Shown here piece by piece: positions 38,599 to 45,942 of a stretch of 64,000 nucleotides of DNA. Each line of letters starts with the position of its first letter. The first letter of the stretch is position 1. Below the pieces are notes generated by a model. The model was not told where the DNA came from. It worked only from the letters and a program-made list of their open reading frames with translations, and ran no database searches. A program made the position numbers and the translations under genes. The DNA comes from an uncultured Verrucomicrobiota bacterium. GTDB lineage: Bacteria > Verrucomicrobiota > Verrucomicrobiia > Limisphaerales > JAYPEY01. Where the stretch lies: NCBI GenBank assembly GCA_964519245.1, contig CAZFLK010000010.1:2612-66611 (forward strand), given 5' to 3'.

Positions 38599-39251
38599 GG
38601 TTCCCGGGTTACGCTGGGGTAACGGCACTGGATGACGATGGCCCGGTAGGTTCCGCTTCCATCAGCGGCGTCAATCGGGTCGGACAGGGTCTGCAGCGAG
38701 ACGCCGTCGCGCTTACGCAACCTGCCGTCGAACCGATCCGCAATTTTTGCCATAAACTCGTTGTATTGACCGGCGCTGTCGTCGGCATAAATTTGGAAGG
38801 AGACATGCTCGATGGATTTGGCCGGAATCCCTTTCTCGTTGGTGTCAGGGGGCGGCGGAATGGCCGCATACTCCTCAAACCGCTGTTCCATCACGAACTG
38901 GGTGAAACGAATGCCGTCAAGCACGCAGAACTGCAACTCGTTCAGGACCGGGGCGCAAAGAAAACGGTTGGTTGCGAGACGTTGCAAGGAATTGATGTTG
39001 GACTCAAGGCGACCGGTCATGGCCCGAATCTCCTTCAATTTGAGCTCCTTGTCCTTGATGTCCTCATAAGCCTGCCGAATCGCATTCGCTTCCGAGGTCG
39101 AGGCCTTCACCCTCATCGTGTTGAATCCGGCGAAGACAATCACAACGGCAACCACGGCGCCAGCAATGATGATGGCGCGTTTGAGCGGATCCTTGCGGCG
39201 CAACTCTTCAGCCGCCTGCTCTTCCGCCAGTAGATTGATCCTGATTGGCAT
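38595..39251 (-). CDS. pilN: PilN-like type IV pilus biogenesis protein
   Basis: MPIRINLLAEE... (the conserved INLL start), a single TM (AIIIAGAVVAVVIVFAGF), and a periplasmic coiled-coil/ferredoxin-like part. Confidence 0.8.
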   Translation of the reverse strand: MPIRINLLAEEQAAEELRRKDPLKRAIIIAGAVVAVVIVFAGFNTMRVKASTSEANAIRQAYEDIKDKELKLKEIRAMTGRLESNINSLQRLATNRFLCAPVLNELQFCVLDGIRFTQFVMEQRFEEYAAIPPPPDTNEKGIPAKSIEHVSFQIYADDSAGQYNEFMAKIADRFDGRLRKRDGVSLQTLSDPIDAADGSGTYRAIVIQCRYPSVTREP

Positions 39252-39254
39252 GAT

Positions 39255-40319
39255 TCAAAAGCTCATCGCTGCGGCCCCGACGGCAACCGTAAGTTGTGGC
39301 GCAATCTGTTCGATTTCACCCATCCGCTGAGGCGCAATGTCCAAAGTAAAGGAGCCGGCTGGATTCCAACTCTTGCAGGGCACCATCAATTCCGACTGCA
39401 GCGCCTGAATGATGTGATCCGAGATGGAAGAACCTCCCGAGAAGAACACCTGGCTGACGGTCTTGTCCTGCTGATGTTCAAAAAAGTCGATGGAGGCGCG
39501 CAACTCCCGGCCGAGCGGCGTCAACAGGGGCTGGATCGTCTCCTCCACTTCCTGAGGCATGCCCACCTTGATGCCTTCCGCCTCCGCCTGACTGACTCCC
39601 AACGATTCGGCGATGCCCGTCGTCAGCTTGGCGGCGCCAAAACCAACGACACGACTGAGGCTCAACTCCCCCAGCATCATGATGCTGATGAACGAATGCT
39701 TGTAGCCGAAATCAACCAGGGCCACGACCTCCTTCTCGAAGACTTCCGGCATTGCCTGCTCGAAGGCGTTGGCCGGTTGCACCAGGCTGGTGGTGACCAA
39801 ATCGGCGGTCAACCCCGCCTGCCGCGCGGCGGCTTTCAGGTTTTCGACGTGCTCACGCTTGGCTCCGCCGACCAGAGCCGGTTGATTGCCTCCGCTTGCG
39901 GCGCCGCCCTCAGCGGCGGCGTCCGCCCCGCCCTGGAAGTGGCAATCGAACAGATGATCCTTGAGCTCCTGCTGGAGAAACTTCTTCGAATTGACCTTCA
40001 GGAGAGGCAGCAACTGGGAGAGGGGCGCGTTGGGAATTTCAGCTGGACGCAACACGGAGTCCCCGGGACCAATGGCGAGGGTCACCTGCTTCGTCTTGCC
40101 GCCGCCCATGTCGTCCATGATCATCTTGAGATGATCCGCGAGTTTTTCCGCGGACAAGGTGCGGTCGTAGACCGGCGCATCCTTCAACACGAAATCGTTG
40201 AGGGAAAATCCCCCCCCTTTCCGTTGTACAGACACCGCCTTGGTAACCCGTGTTCCCAAATCGATGGCGACAACGTGATCCTTGGTTTGGGAGCCTTTGC
40301 TCAGAAAGGAAAACGCCAT
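39255..40319 (-). CDS. pilM: PilM (actin-like ATPase-fold type IV pilus assembly protein)
   Basis: The ATG at 40319 (MAFSFLSKGSQTKDHVVAIDLGTRVTKAV...) gives the typical PilM start. Also VDFGYKHSFISIM and a FFSGGSS block (FtsA/PilM fold). The stop lies 3 nt before the pilN start. Confidence 0.88.
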   Translation of the reverse strand: MAFSFLSKGSQTKDHVVAIDLGTRVTKAVSVQRKGGGFSLNDFVLKDAPVYDRTLSAEKLADHLKMIMDDMGGGKTKQVTLAIGPGDSVLRPAEIPNAPLSQLLPLLKVNSKKFLQQELKDHLFDCHFQGGADAAAEGGAASGGNQPALVGGAKREHVENLKAAARQAGLTADLVTTSLVQPANAFEQAMPEVFEKEVVALVDFGYKHSFISIMMLGELSLSRVVGFGAAKLTTGIAESLGVSQAEAEGIKVGMPQEVEETIQPLLTPLGRELRASIDFFEHQQDKTVSQVFFSGGSSISDHIIQALQSELMVPCKSWNPAGSFTLDIAPQRMGEIEQIAPQLTVAVGAAAMSF

Positions 40320-40434
40320 GACGAAAAATTTCTTAAACAGTTCGATTTCCAAATGCAAGTTGCAAACTGACAATTTCTTACCTATGCGACACCCCTCCGC
40401 AAAGCTGGTTCGGCGCCACCTCCGTCCCGCAATG

Positions 40435-42078
40435 TCAATCCTTCTCATACATTTTTTTCAGGGTCTCCGGCCTGACGCCCAAATAGTAGAGAATCGTCAC
40501 TCGCCACATGCGAAAGTAGGTGCGCGCCGGGCCAAGCTTCCTGAAGCGACGGGCAGAAGTGAGAACCGTGGCTCCGGCCAAAGCCAGGCGCCCCGCCCCG
40601 TTCAACAACTCGCACATTCGAAACTCCTCCATCAGCGGCATGTCCGGCGCGCCGCCCACGCTTTCCAATACGTTGCGCCGGACAAACAGTCCCTGATCAC
40701 CCAGGATGCGTCGAAATAGAAACAATCGCGTCGCGCAACGCCAACGCGAGCCAGCCATCATCCACATCCCGTCACGAAATTCCTTCCAGAAGCCGCCCCC
40801 AACAACCGTGGGATCCCTCAAGGCCCGCAAGACAGCCGCCCCGGCGTCCGGGGGCGCCCAGGTGTCCGCATGCAGGATCAACACCACGTCACCGGTCGCG
40901 ACCTGCGCTCCCGCGCGAATTTGCTTCCCCCGCCCCGCGCCCGTTTGAACGAGTCGACACCCCGCCTCGCCGGCCAACGTCGCCGTCTGGTCCGAACTTC
41001 CGCCATCGGCCACGATGATCTCCTCCACTTCGGGGACGGCGCGCAGCCGCCTCAGGGTTTCAGGCAAGGCGCTTTCCTCATTCCAGGTCGGAATCACCAC
41101 CGAAATGCCGCGCGGCGCCGACCGCGAGGAAACCTTCGTCATGCGAGCGGTTTCCCGCCACAACCAAACGCCGCCAAAAACTGCCCAGCAAACATAACAT
41201 CCCGCAAAGGACAGCGAGGCGGCAACCGCATCGGATCCGGAAATGCCATACCACCCCAGCAGGGTCATCGCAGCGGCCTCCCTGAGCCCGACGCCCGCGA
41301 CCGAAGGCATCGAGGTCAACACGGTAATCGCCGGAAAGACCCAGACCATCCGGAGCAGCGCCCCCGACTCCGGATTGACCGCCTTGAAACAGGCGGCCAA
41401 CGCGGCGCCCATGCTCGCCTGAACGAGGAATCCCAGGAACAACCCCCTTAGGGCGCGCCGAGGATGCCTCCAAAGCGTTCTGACCGCGTCTAGGAAATGG
41501 CCCCATACCCGGCCGACCGGGGACCCGGGCAGCACGCGCGCCACCCCCATGACCAACGCAGCGAGGCCTCCCGCCGCCACACAACCACCCAACAACCATG
41601 CGCCAGTGATCCCGCCGAACGCGCCCGCCGCGCCGGAAATCGTGGCGCCCGCTCCCACAAGGATCAGCAACCCCGCCAGGCCGAGCAATCGATCCAGAGG
41701 CGCAGCCGCAATGACCCGGGACAACGGCATCCGGAACCAGCGGCTGTATAGCGCCGATCTCGCCAAGTCCCCGGCGACCGGTCCGCACAGGAGCAGGTTG
41801 AAGAAACGCCCAATGTGCGCCAGGCGGATCGTGGCTCCCGGGTGAACGTCGCCGCCGGTCAGCGACAGCATGAGATGCAACCGCGCGGCCGCCAACAGCC
41901 CGCCCAAGCCAAAGAACATCAACCCCGCGAGCAACCACCCCAAATCCGCCCCCGCCAGCGCGGTCATCAATTCCGCTCCGCGGACACGACGCAACGCCGC
42001 CCAAAGGAAGCCACAGGAGACCAAGACCGAGAGCGTCGTCTTCCACGAAAACCGGAATCTGCTGGGAAAGGCGTCCAC
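40435..42078 (-). CDS. Fusion protein: flippase-like/LPG-synthase-TM (UPF0104) membrane domain + family-2 glycosyltransferase
   Basis: 547 aa with a GTG start. About 320 aa of polytopic membrane domain, then GT2 blocks: VVIPTWNEESALPETL, IIVADGGSSDQT, VVLILHADTW, GDQGLFVRRNVLESVGGAPDMPLMEEF, LTSARRFRKLG. Confidence 0.8.
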   Translation of the reverse strand: MDAFPSRFRFSWKTTLSVLVSCGFLWAALRRVRGAELMTALAGADLGWLLAGLMFFGLGGLLAAARLHLMLSLTGGDVHPGATIRLAHIGRFFNLLLCGPVAGDLARSALYSRWFRMPLSRVIAAAPLDRLLGLAGLLILVGAGATISGAAGAFGGITGAWLLGGCVAAGGLAALVMGVARVLPGSPVGRVWGHFLDAVRTLWRHPRRALRGLFLGFLVQASMGAALAACFKAVNPESGALLRMVWVFPAITVLTSMPSVAGVGLREAAAMTLLGWYGISGSDAVAASLSFAGCYVCWAVFGGVWLWRETARMTKVSSRSAPRGISVVIPTWNEESALPETLRRLRAVPEVEEIIVADGGSSDQTATLAGEAGCRLVQTGAGRGKQIRAGAQVATGDVVLILHADTWAPPDAGAAVLRALRDPTVVGGGFWKEFRDGMWMMAGSRWRCATRLFLFRRILGDQGLFVRRNVLESVGGAPDMPLMEEFRMCELLNGAGRLALAGATVLTSARRFRKLGPARTYFRMWRVTILYYLGVRPETLKKMYEKD

Positions 42079-42139
42079 GATCGTGGCGGCGCGGCCGCTT
42101 CACCGGGACGAGGCGGCCATTTCACCGCCGGCGCCGGGT

Positions 42140-43351
42140 TCACTTCTTGGCGTCGAACTCGGCATACGCCCCGAAATCGGAGTAAAAGTGCTTCTTGGCA
42201 AAACGATAAGCCCAGCTGCGCTCGGGGATATCCTCTGCCAGACTGGCTTGAGAAGGCCGCGACTCAAGCGCCTCCAACTCCCGCATGGCCGTCTTGCGCG
42301 CGGTGTCATCCTTCGCTCCGTGACGGTCGACGACCTCCTTCAGAAGATCGGGACGATCCAACACGATGCAGCCCCGGGTCGCCCCCGCCGCCGTTTCCCG
42401 AAAATCCTTGAGATAACTGGAACTGGAAATCGTCTCCTTCAGGCCGCGTTCGTCGTCGATCTTCTCGGTGGCAAACTGAATGATCGGACACGGCTCAATG
42501 TCGCCCCACGGGCTGATGTGGTGGCTGATACCCGTCGCCGCCGGACACAACGCCTTGCCCTCGCCGTCGTAGTAAGCGTCGATGATGCCAATGGGTTTCT
42601 TCGTCCGCATCTCGACGACAAATTCCCGAATGCGGCGTTGCTGTTCCGGGGTCAAGGCGAGTTGTTCATTCGGCTCGGGCCCGATCGGCCGGTAGGTGTG
42701 ATACCACATGTACATCACCCCCATCTCGATTAGGCGATCCACCCATTCCTCGCGAACCAGGTCGTCAATATTGGTCCGGCAGACACTCGTGCACACCCCG
42801 GTGATCAGCTTGTTCTTCAGGCAATTCTCAATGCCCGCCATCGTCTTCCCGTAGACATCCTTCCCGCGACGCCGCTCTTCGCTGACGATCTCCGAACCCT
42901 CCACACTGATCAGGGGCGTCACATTGCCCATGCGACGCAACCGCCGGGCGATCTCATCCGTGATGAACTGCCCGTTGGTAAAGACTTGGAAATAGCAGTC
43001 CGGATGGGACTCCAGAATATCCAACAGCTCGCGATGCATGAACGGCTCGCCGCCCAGGATGCCGAAGAAACTGTTGCCCGCATCCACCGCCTCCCGGATC
43101 ATCCGGTTCATCCGATCCACCGGAATGCGCTCCTGCTTGGCCGCGACATCCACCCAGCATCCCTGGCAGCGCAGGTTGCAGCTGTTGATGACCGAAATGT
43201 AGAGAAACGGCGGAAAATAGTCCCCTTGGCGAAGACGGCTCTTGAACCGCTGCACCGAACGCATGCCCTTGTAGCCGAAATTCCACGCCAGCTTCCACAG
43301 CAGGCGTTTGTCGGTCTCCATAAGGAGACGCTTGCTCATTTTCAAATACAT
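42140..43351 (-). CDS. Radical SAM enzyme with non-SPASM C-terminal auxiliary domain
   Basis: SCNLRCQGCW (CX3CX2C), GILGGEPF. The C-terminal half has scattered Cys (ALCPAATGISHHISPWGDIEPCPIIQF). The ORF track starts at the TTG at 43384. The ATG at 43351 (MYLKMSKRLL...) is preferred. Confidence 0.85.
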   Translation of the reverse strand: MYLKMSKRLLMETDKRLLWKLAWNFGYKGMRSVQRFKSRLRQGDYFPPFLYISVINSCNLRCQGCWVDVAAKQERIPVDRMNRMIREAVDAGNSFFGILGGEPFMHRELLDILESHPDCYFQVFTNGQFITDEIARRLRRMGNVTPLISVEGSEIVSEERRRGKDVYGKTMAGIENCLKNKLITGVCTSVCRTNIDDLVREEWVDRLIEMGVMYMWYHTYRPIGPEPNEQLALTPEQQRRIREFVVEMRTKKPIGIIDAYYDGEGKALCPAATGISHHISPWGDIEPCPIIQFATEKIDDERGLKETISSSSYLKDFRETAAGATRGCIVLDRPDLLKEVVDRHGAKDDTARKTAMRELEALESRPSQASLAEDIPERSWAYRFAKKHFYSDFGAYAEFDAKK

Positions 43352-43423
43352 CGCTTCAGATCCACTCAGACGTTCAGGACTCAAGGGACGCGAACCACGC
43401 CAACTCGATTCATCGGTCAGCGG

Positions 43424-43451
43424 AATATAGCCGCCTCGCCAAACAAGCCAA
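43424..43451 (-). promoter_or_regulatory. Candidate sigma-70-type promoter for the radical SAM gene
   Basis: Minus strand: TTGGCT (43451-43446), a 16-nt spacer, then TATATT (43429-43424). It lies immediately downstream (minus sense) of the heptamer repeat tract. Confidence 0.3.
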
Positions 43452-43460
43452 GCCTCGGAG

Positions 43461-43491
43461 TTCTTGGTTCTTGGTTCTTGGTTCTTGGTTC
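43461..43491. repeat. Perfect heptanucleotide tandem repeat (TTCTTGG) x4 plus a partial unit
   Basis: Read directly: ttcttgg at 43461-67, 43468-74, 43475-81 and 43482-88, then ttc. It lies in the divergent intergenic region between the radical SAM gene and the DASS transporter. Confidence 0.9.
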
Positions 43492-43539
43492 CCTTTCAGC
43501 GTCGACAGTTCGCAATCGAGTCGTTACGCCTTAGCGACG

Positions 43540-45090
43540 ATGTCACCCCTGCGCGCCAAGATCCAGTGGGCGGGCCTCTTTCTTGGCCCCGCCCTGGCCC
43601 TGCTTGTTTTCCTGATTCTTCCCGACACCTACCGCTCCGCCGACGGCGCGCAATCGCCGTTCGATTTTGCCGGCCGGGCCGTCTTGGCGGGCATGATCTG
43701 GATGGCTGTCTGGTGGTTGACCGAGGCGGTTGAAGTGACCACGACCGCCCTGCTCCCTTTGGTTGTCTTCCCGTTGACGGGCGCCGTCTCGATCAAGGCG
43801 GCCGCGGCGCCCTATGCGCATCATCTGATTTTCCTGTTCATGGGCGGATTCATCATCGCGCTGTCCATGCAACGCTGGGGGCTCGACCGGCGAATCGCCC
43901 TGGCGACGCTGCGAATCGTCGGAACCACGCCGGCTCGAATGGTGGGAGGCTTCATGATCGCGACGGCGGGGTTGAGCGCCTTCATCTCGAATACCGCCAC
44001 CACCGCCATGATGCTGCCGATCGCGATGAGCGTCGTCGCCCTGCTGAACGATCAACAGGAAAACAGACGCGAGGACGGAGACGCCGACGCGGGCGGCGGC
44101 TTCGGGGTCTGCCTCATGCTGGGCATCGCCTACTCGGCCACGCTGGGCGGACTTTGCACACTGATTGGAACGCCGCCCAACGGGTTCTTTCGCAGCTTCG
44201 TGGAGGACACCATTTCCGAGCCCTACCGGATGGAGATCGGATTCGATCGCTGGCTGATGCTGGGTCTGCCCGTCACCCTGATCATGCTGCCCTTGACCTG
44301 GGCTCTGCTGACGCACTGGCTGTTCCCGGTGAAACGGGAATCCCTCGAGGGCGGGGCGGAGCTGATTCACTCCGAATGGCGCAAGCTGGGCTCCATGAGC
44401 CGCGGCGAGAAAAACACGATGACTGTCTTCCTCCTGACCGCCCTGTTCTGGATCACCCGCAAGCTGTGGGCAAAGATCGGCATTCCCTGGGGGGACGGCG
44501 AGGCGCACCCCTTTGCCGGGCTTTCCGACCCGGGCATCGCCATGACCGCGGCGCTCGCCTTGTTCGCCCTCCCGGTGAACGCGACCAAGCGCGAATTCAC
44601 CATGAACTGGAAAACCGCTCGGAAAATGCCCTGGGACATCCTCGTCCTCTTTGGCGGCGGCATGAGTCTCGCGGCGGCGGTCGACGCCACCGGGGTGGCC
44701 CGGTTTCTAGGGAGCCAGGCCGGACATTTTGCGGGAATGCCGCCCTTTGTCATCATGTTGGCCGTGGCCGTGACGGTCGTGCTGCTGACCGAGTTGACCT
44801 CCAATCTCGCCACCACGGCAACGCTGCTGCCCGTGCTGGCCGCCCTCGCTCCCGGATTGGGCGTCCACCCCTACCTCTTGATCTTTCCCGCGACCATTGC
44901 GGCGAGCTGCGCCTTCATGATGCCCGTTGCCACTCCCCCTAACGCCATCGTGTTCGGGTCCGGCCAAGTCCGACTGCCCCACATGATGAAGGCGGGTGTC
45001 TGGCTGAATGTCCTCGGCGTCATTGTGATCATGGTTGTTTCCTGGTTCCTCCTCGAACCGGTGGTTGGCGTGGAGTTGTTCGGGGAATGA
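43540..45090 (+). CDS. DASS/SLC13-family anion (sulfate/di-tricarboxylate):Na+ symporter
   Basis: Polytopic protein of about 516 aa from the ATG at 43540 (MSPLRAKIQWAGLFLGPAL...). SNTATTAMMLPI and TPPNAIVFGSG hairpin motifs are typical of DASS transporters. Confidence 0.88.
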   Translation: MSPLRAKIQWAGLFLGPALALLVFLILPDTYRSADGAQSPFDFAGRAVLAGMIWMAVWWLTEAVEVTTTALLPLVVFPLTGAVSIKAAAAPYAHHLIFLFMGGFIIALSMQRWGLDRRIALATLRIVGTTPARMVGGFMIATAGLSAFISNTATTAMMLPIAMSVVALLNDQQENRREDGDADAGGGFGVCLMLGIAYSATLGGLCTLIGTPPNGFFRSFVEDTISEPYRMEIGFDRWLMLGLPVTLIMLPLTWALLTHWLFPVKRESLEGGAELIHSEWRKLGSMSRGEKNTMTVFLLTALFWITRKLWAKIGIPWGDGEAHPFAGLSDPGIAMTAALALFALPVNATKREFTMNWKTARKMPWDILVLFGGGMSLAAAVDATGVARFLGSQAGHFAGMPPFVIMLAVAVTVVLLTELTSNLATTATLLPVLAALAPGLGVHPYLLIFPATIAASCAFMMPVATPPNAIVFGSGQVRLPHMMKAGVWLNVLGVIVIMVVSWFLLEPVVGVELFGE

Positions 45091-45120
45091 GTCAGCAGTC
45101 ATCAGTCATCAGAAGTCAGA
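45091..45120. repeat. Degenerate heptanucleotide repeat (GTCAKCA x3, then GAA GTCAGAA)
   Basis: gtcagca gtcatca gtcatca gaa gtcagaa, starting 1 nt after the DASS transporter stop codon. Confidence 0.7.
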
Positions 45121-45184
45121 ATCTGCCGATTGATCGCCAATCACCCATCATCGCCTACTGAGCGCTGATTTCTGCCGGCTGAGT

Positions 45185-45562
45185 TCACCGATTCGCCATC
45201 CAAATCAGCAGGCCGACATGCAGGACCGTGCTGAGAGTCAGCACGGTCAGGAACGAGCGCTTCCGCGTCTTGTGCCGAAACGCCGCGCGTCCAGCCCAAC
45301 CACCCGCAAAACCTCCCGCCAAGGACAACGCGTGCAACACGACCTCCGGAATCCGCTGCTTCTCGAATCGCGCGGTCAGCTTGTCGAAGCCGTAGAACAA
45401 AAAATTCACGACACTCAGACTGAACAGCGCGATGACATAAAGATTCCAACGCGTGTAATGCCAGATCGCCCAACTGGCTCCGAGCGTCAGCGTCACCGCC
45501 ACGACCAGGAAAAATTTCTGCGGCCGGCGCAATCCCTTGGGTCTGTTCAATTCTTCAGGCAT
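45185..45562 (-). CDS. DUF1294 domain membrane protein
   Basis: FLFYGFDKLTARFEKQRIPEVVLHALSLAGGFAGGWAGRAAFRHKTRK is the DUF1294 core. The ATG at 45562 is preferred over the GTG at 45631. Confidence 0.8.
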   Translation of the reverse strand: MPEELNRPKGLRRPQKFFLVVAVTLTLGASWAIWHYTRWNLYVIALFSLSVVNFLFYGFDKLTARFEKQRIPEVVLHALSLAGGFAGGWAGRAAFRHKTRKRSFLTVLTLSTVLHVGLLIWMANR

Positions 45563-45942
45563 TAGGCGGCCAGCTTGGCGCCATCGGCTGAATCTGAAAA
45601 CGTGAATCCAACCAAAAATACGTAGAGCCACGTATGGATTGCCGGCGAATCCGCGCTACTCTGGAATGAAGAACACAACATGTTTCTCATCTCGACAACC
45701 TTGATCGGACTCACGGCCTTCGGATGCATTCTGAAGGCGACGCTCGATCATTTTCGCGAAGAAATGGGAACCCGCGACTAAACCAACCTCGAACGGCAAA
45801 CCCCATCCAGCTTGATGGAAAAACGGATCATCATTCTCAAAGCGTGGCTGATCGCCGGCAGGTGACAACAACGCGCTTCCGGAGCCGATCCCAAAACGGT
45901 CGTTGCGGAACATCCGCCGCCCATGCTATCGGATGCCGCAAC

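Noticed and set aside
42140-43384. Assigning the radical SAM gene as ArsS (arsenosugar / rSAM-selenodomain type) because of its GT2 neighbour
   Set aside because: The Cys-cluster context (SCNLRCQGCW) and the C-terminal half do not look like the Cys-rich ArsS-type domain as I remember it. No in-frame TGA (Sec) or partner DUF2064-type gene is present. The function is left open.
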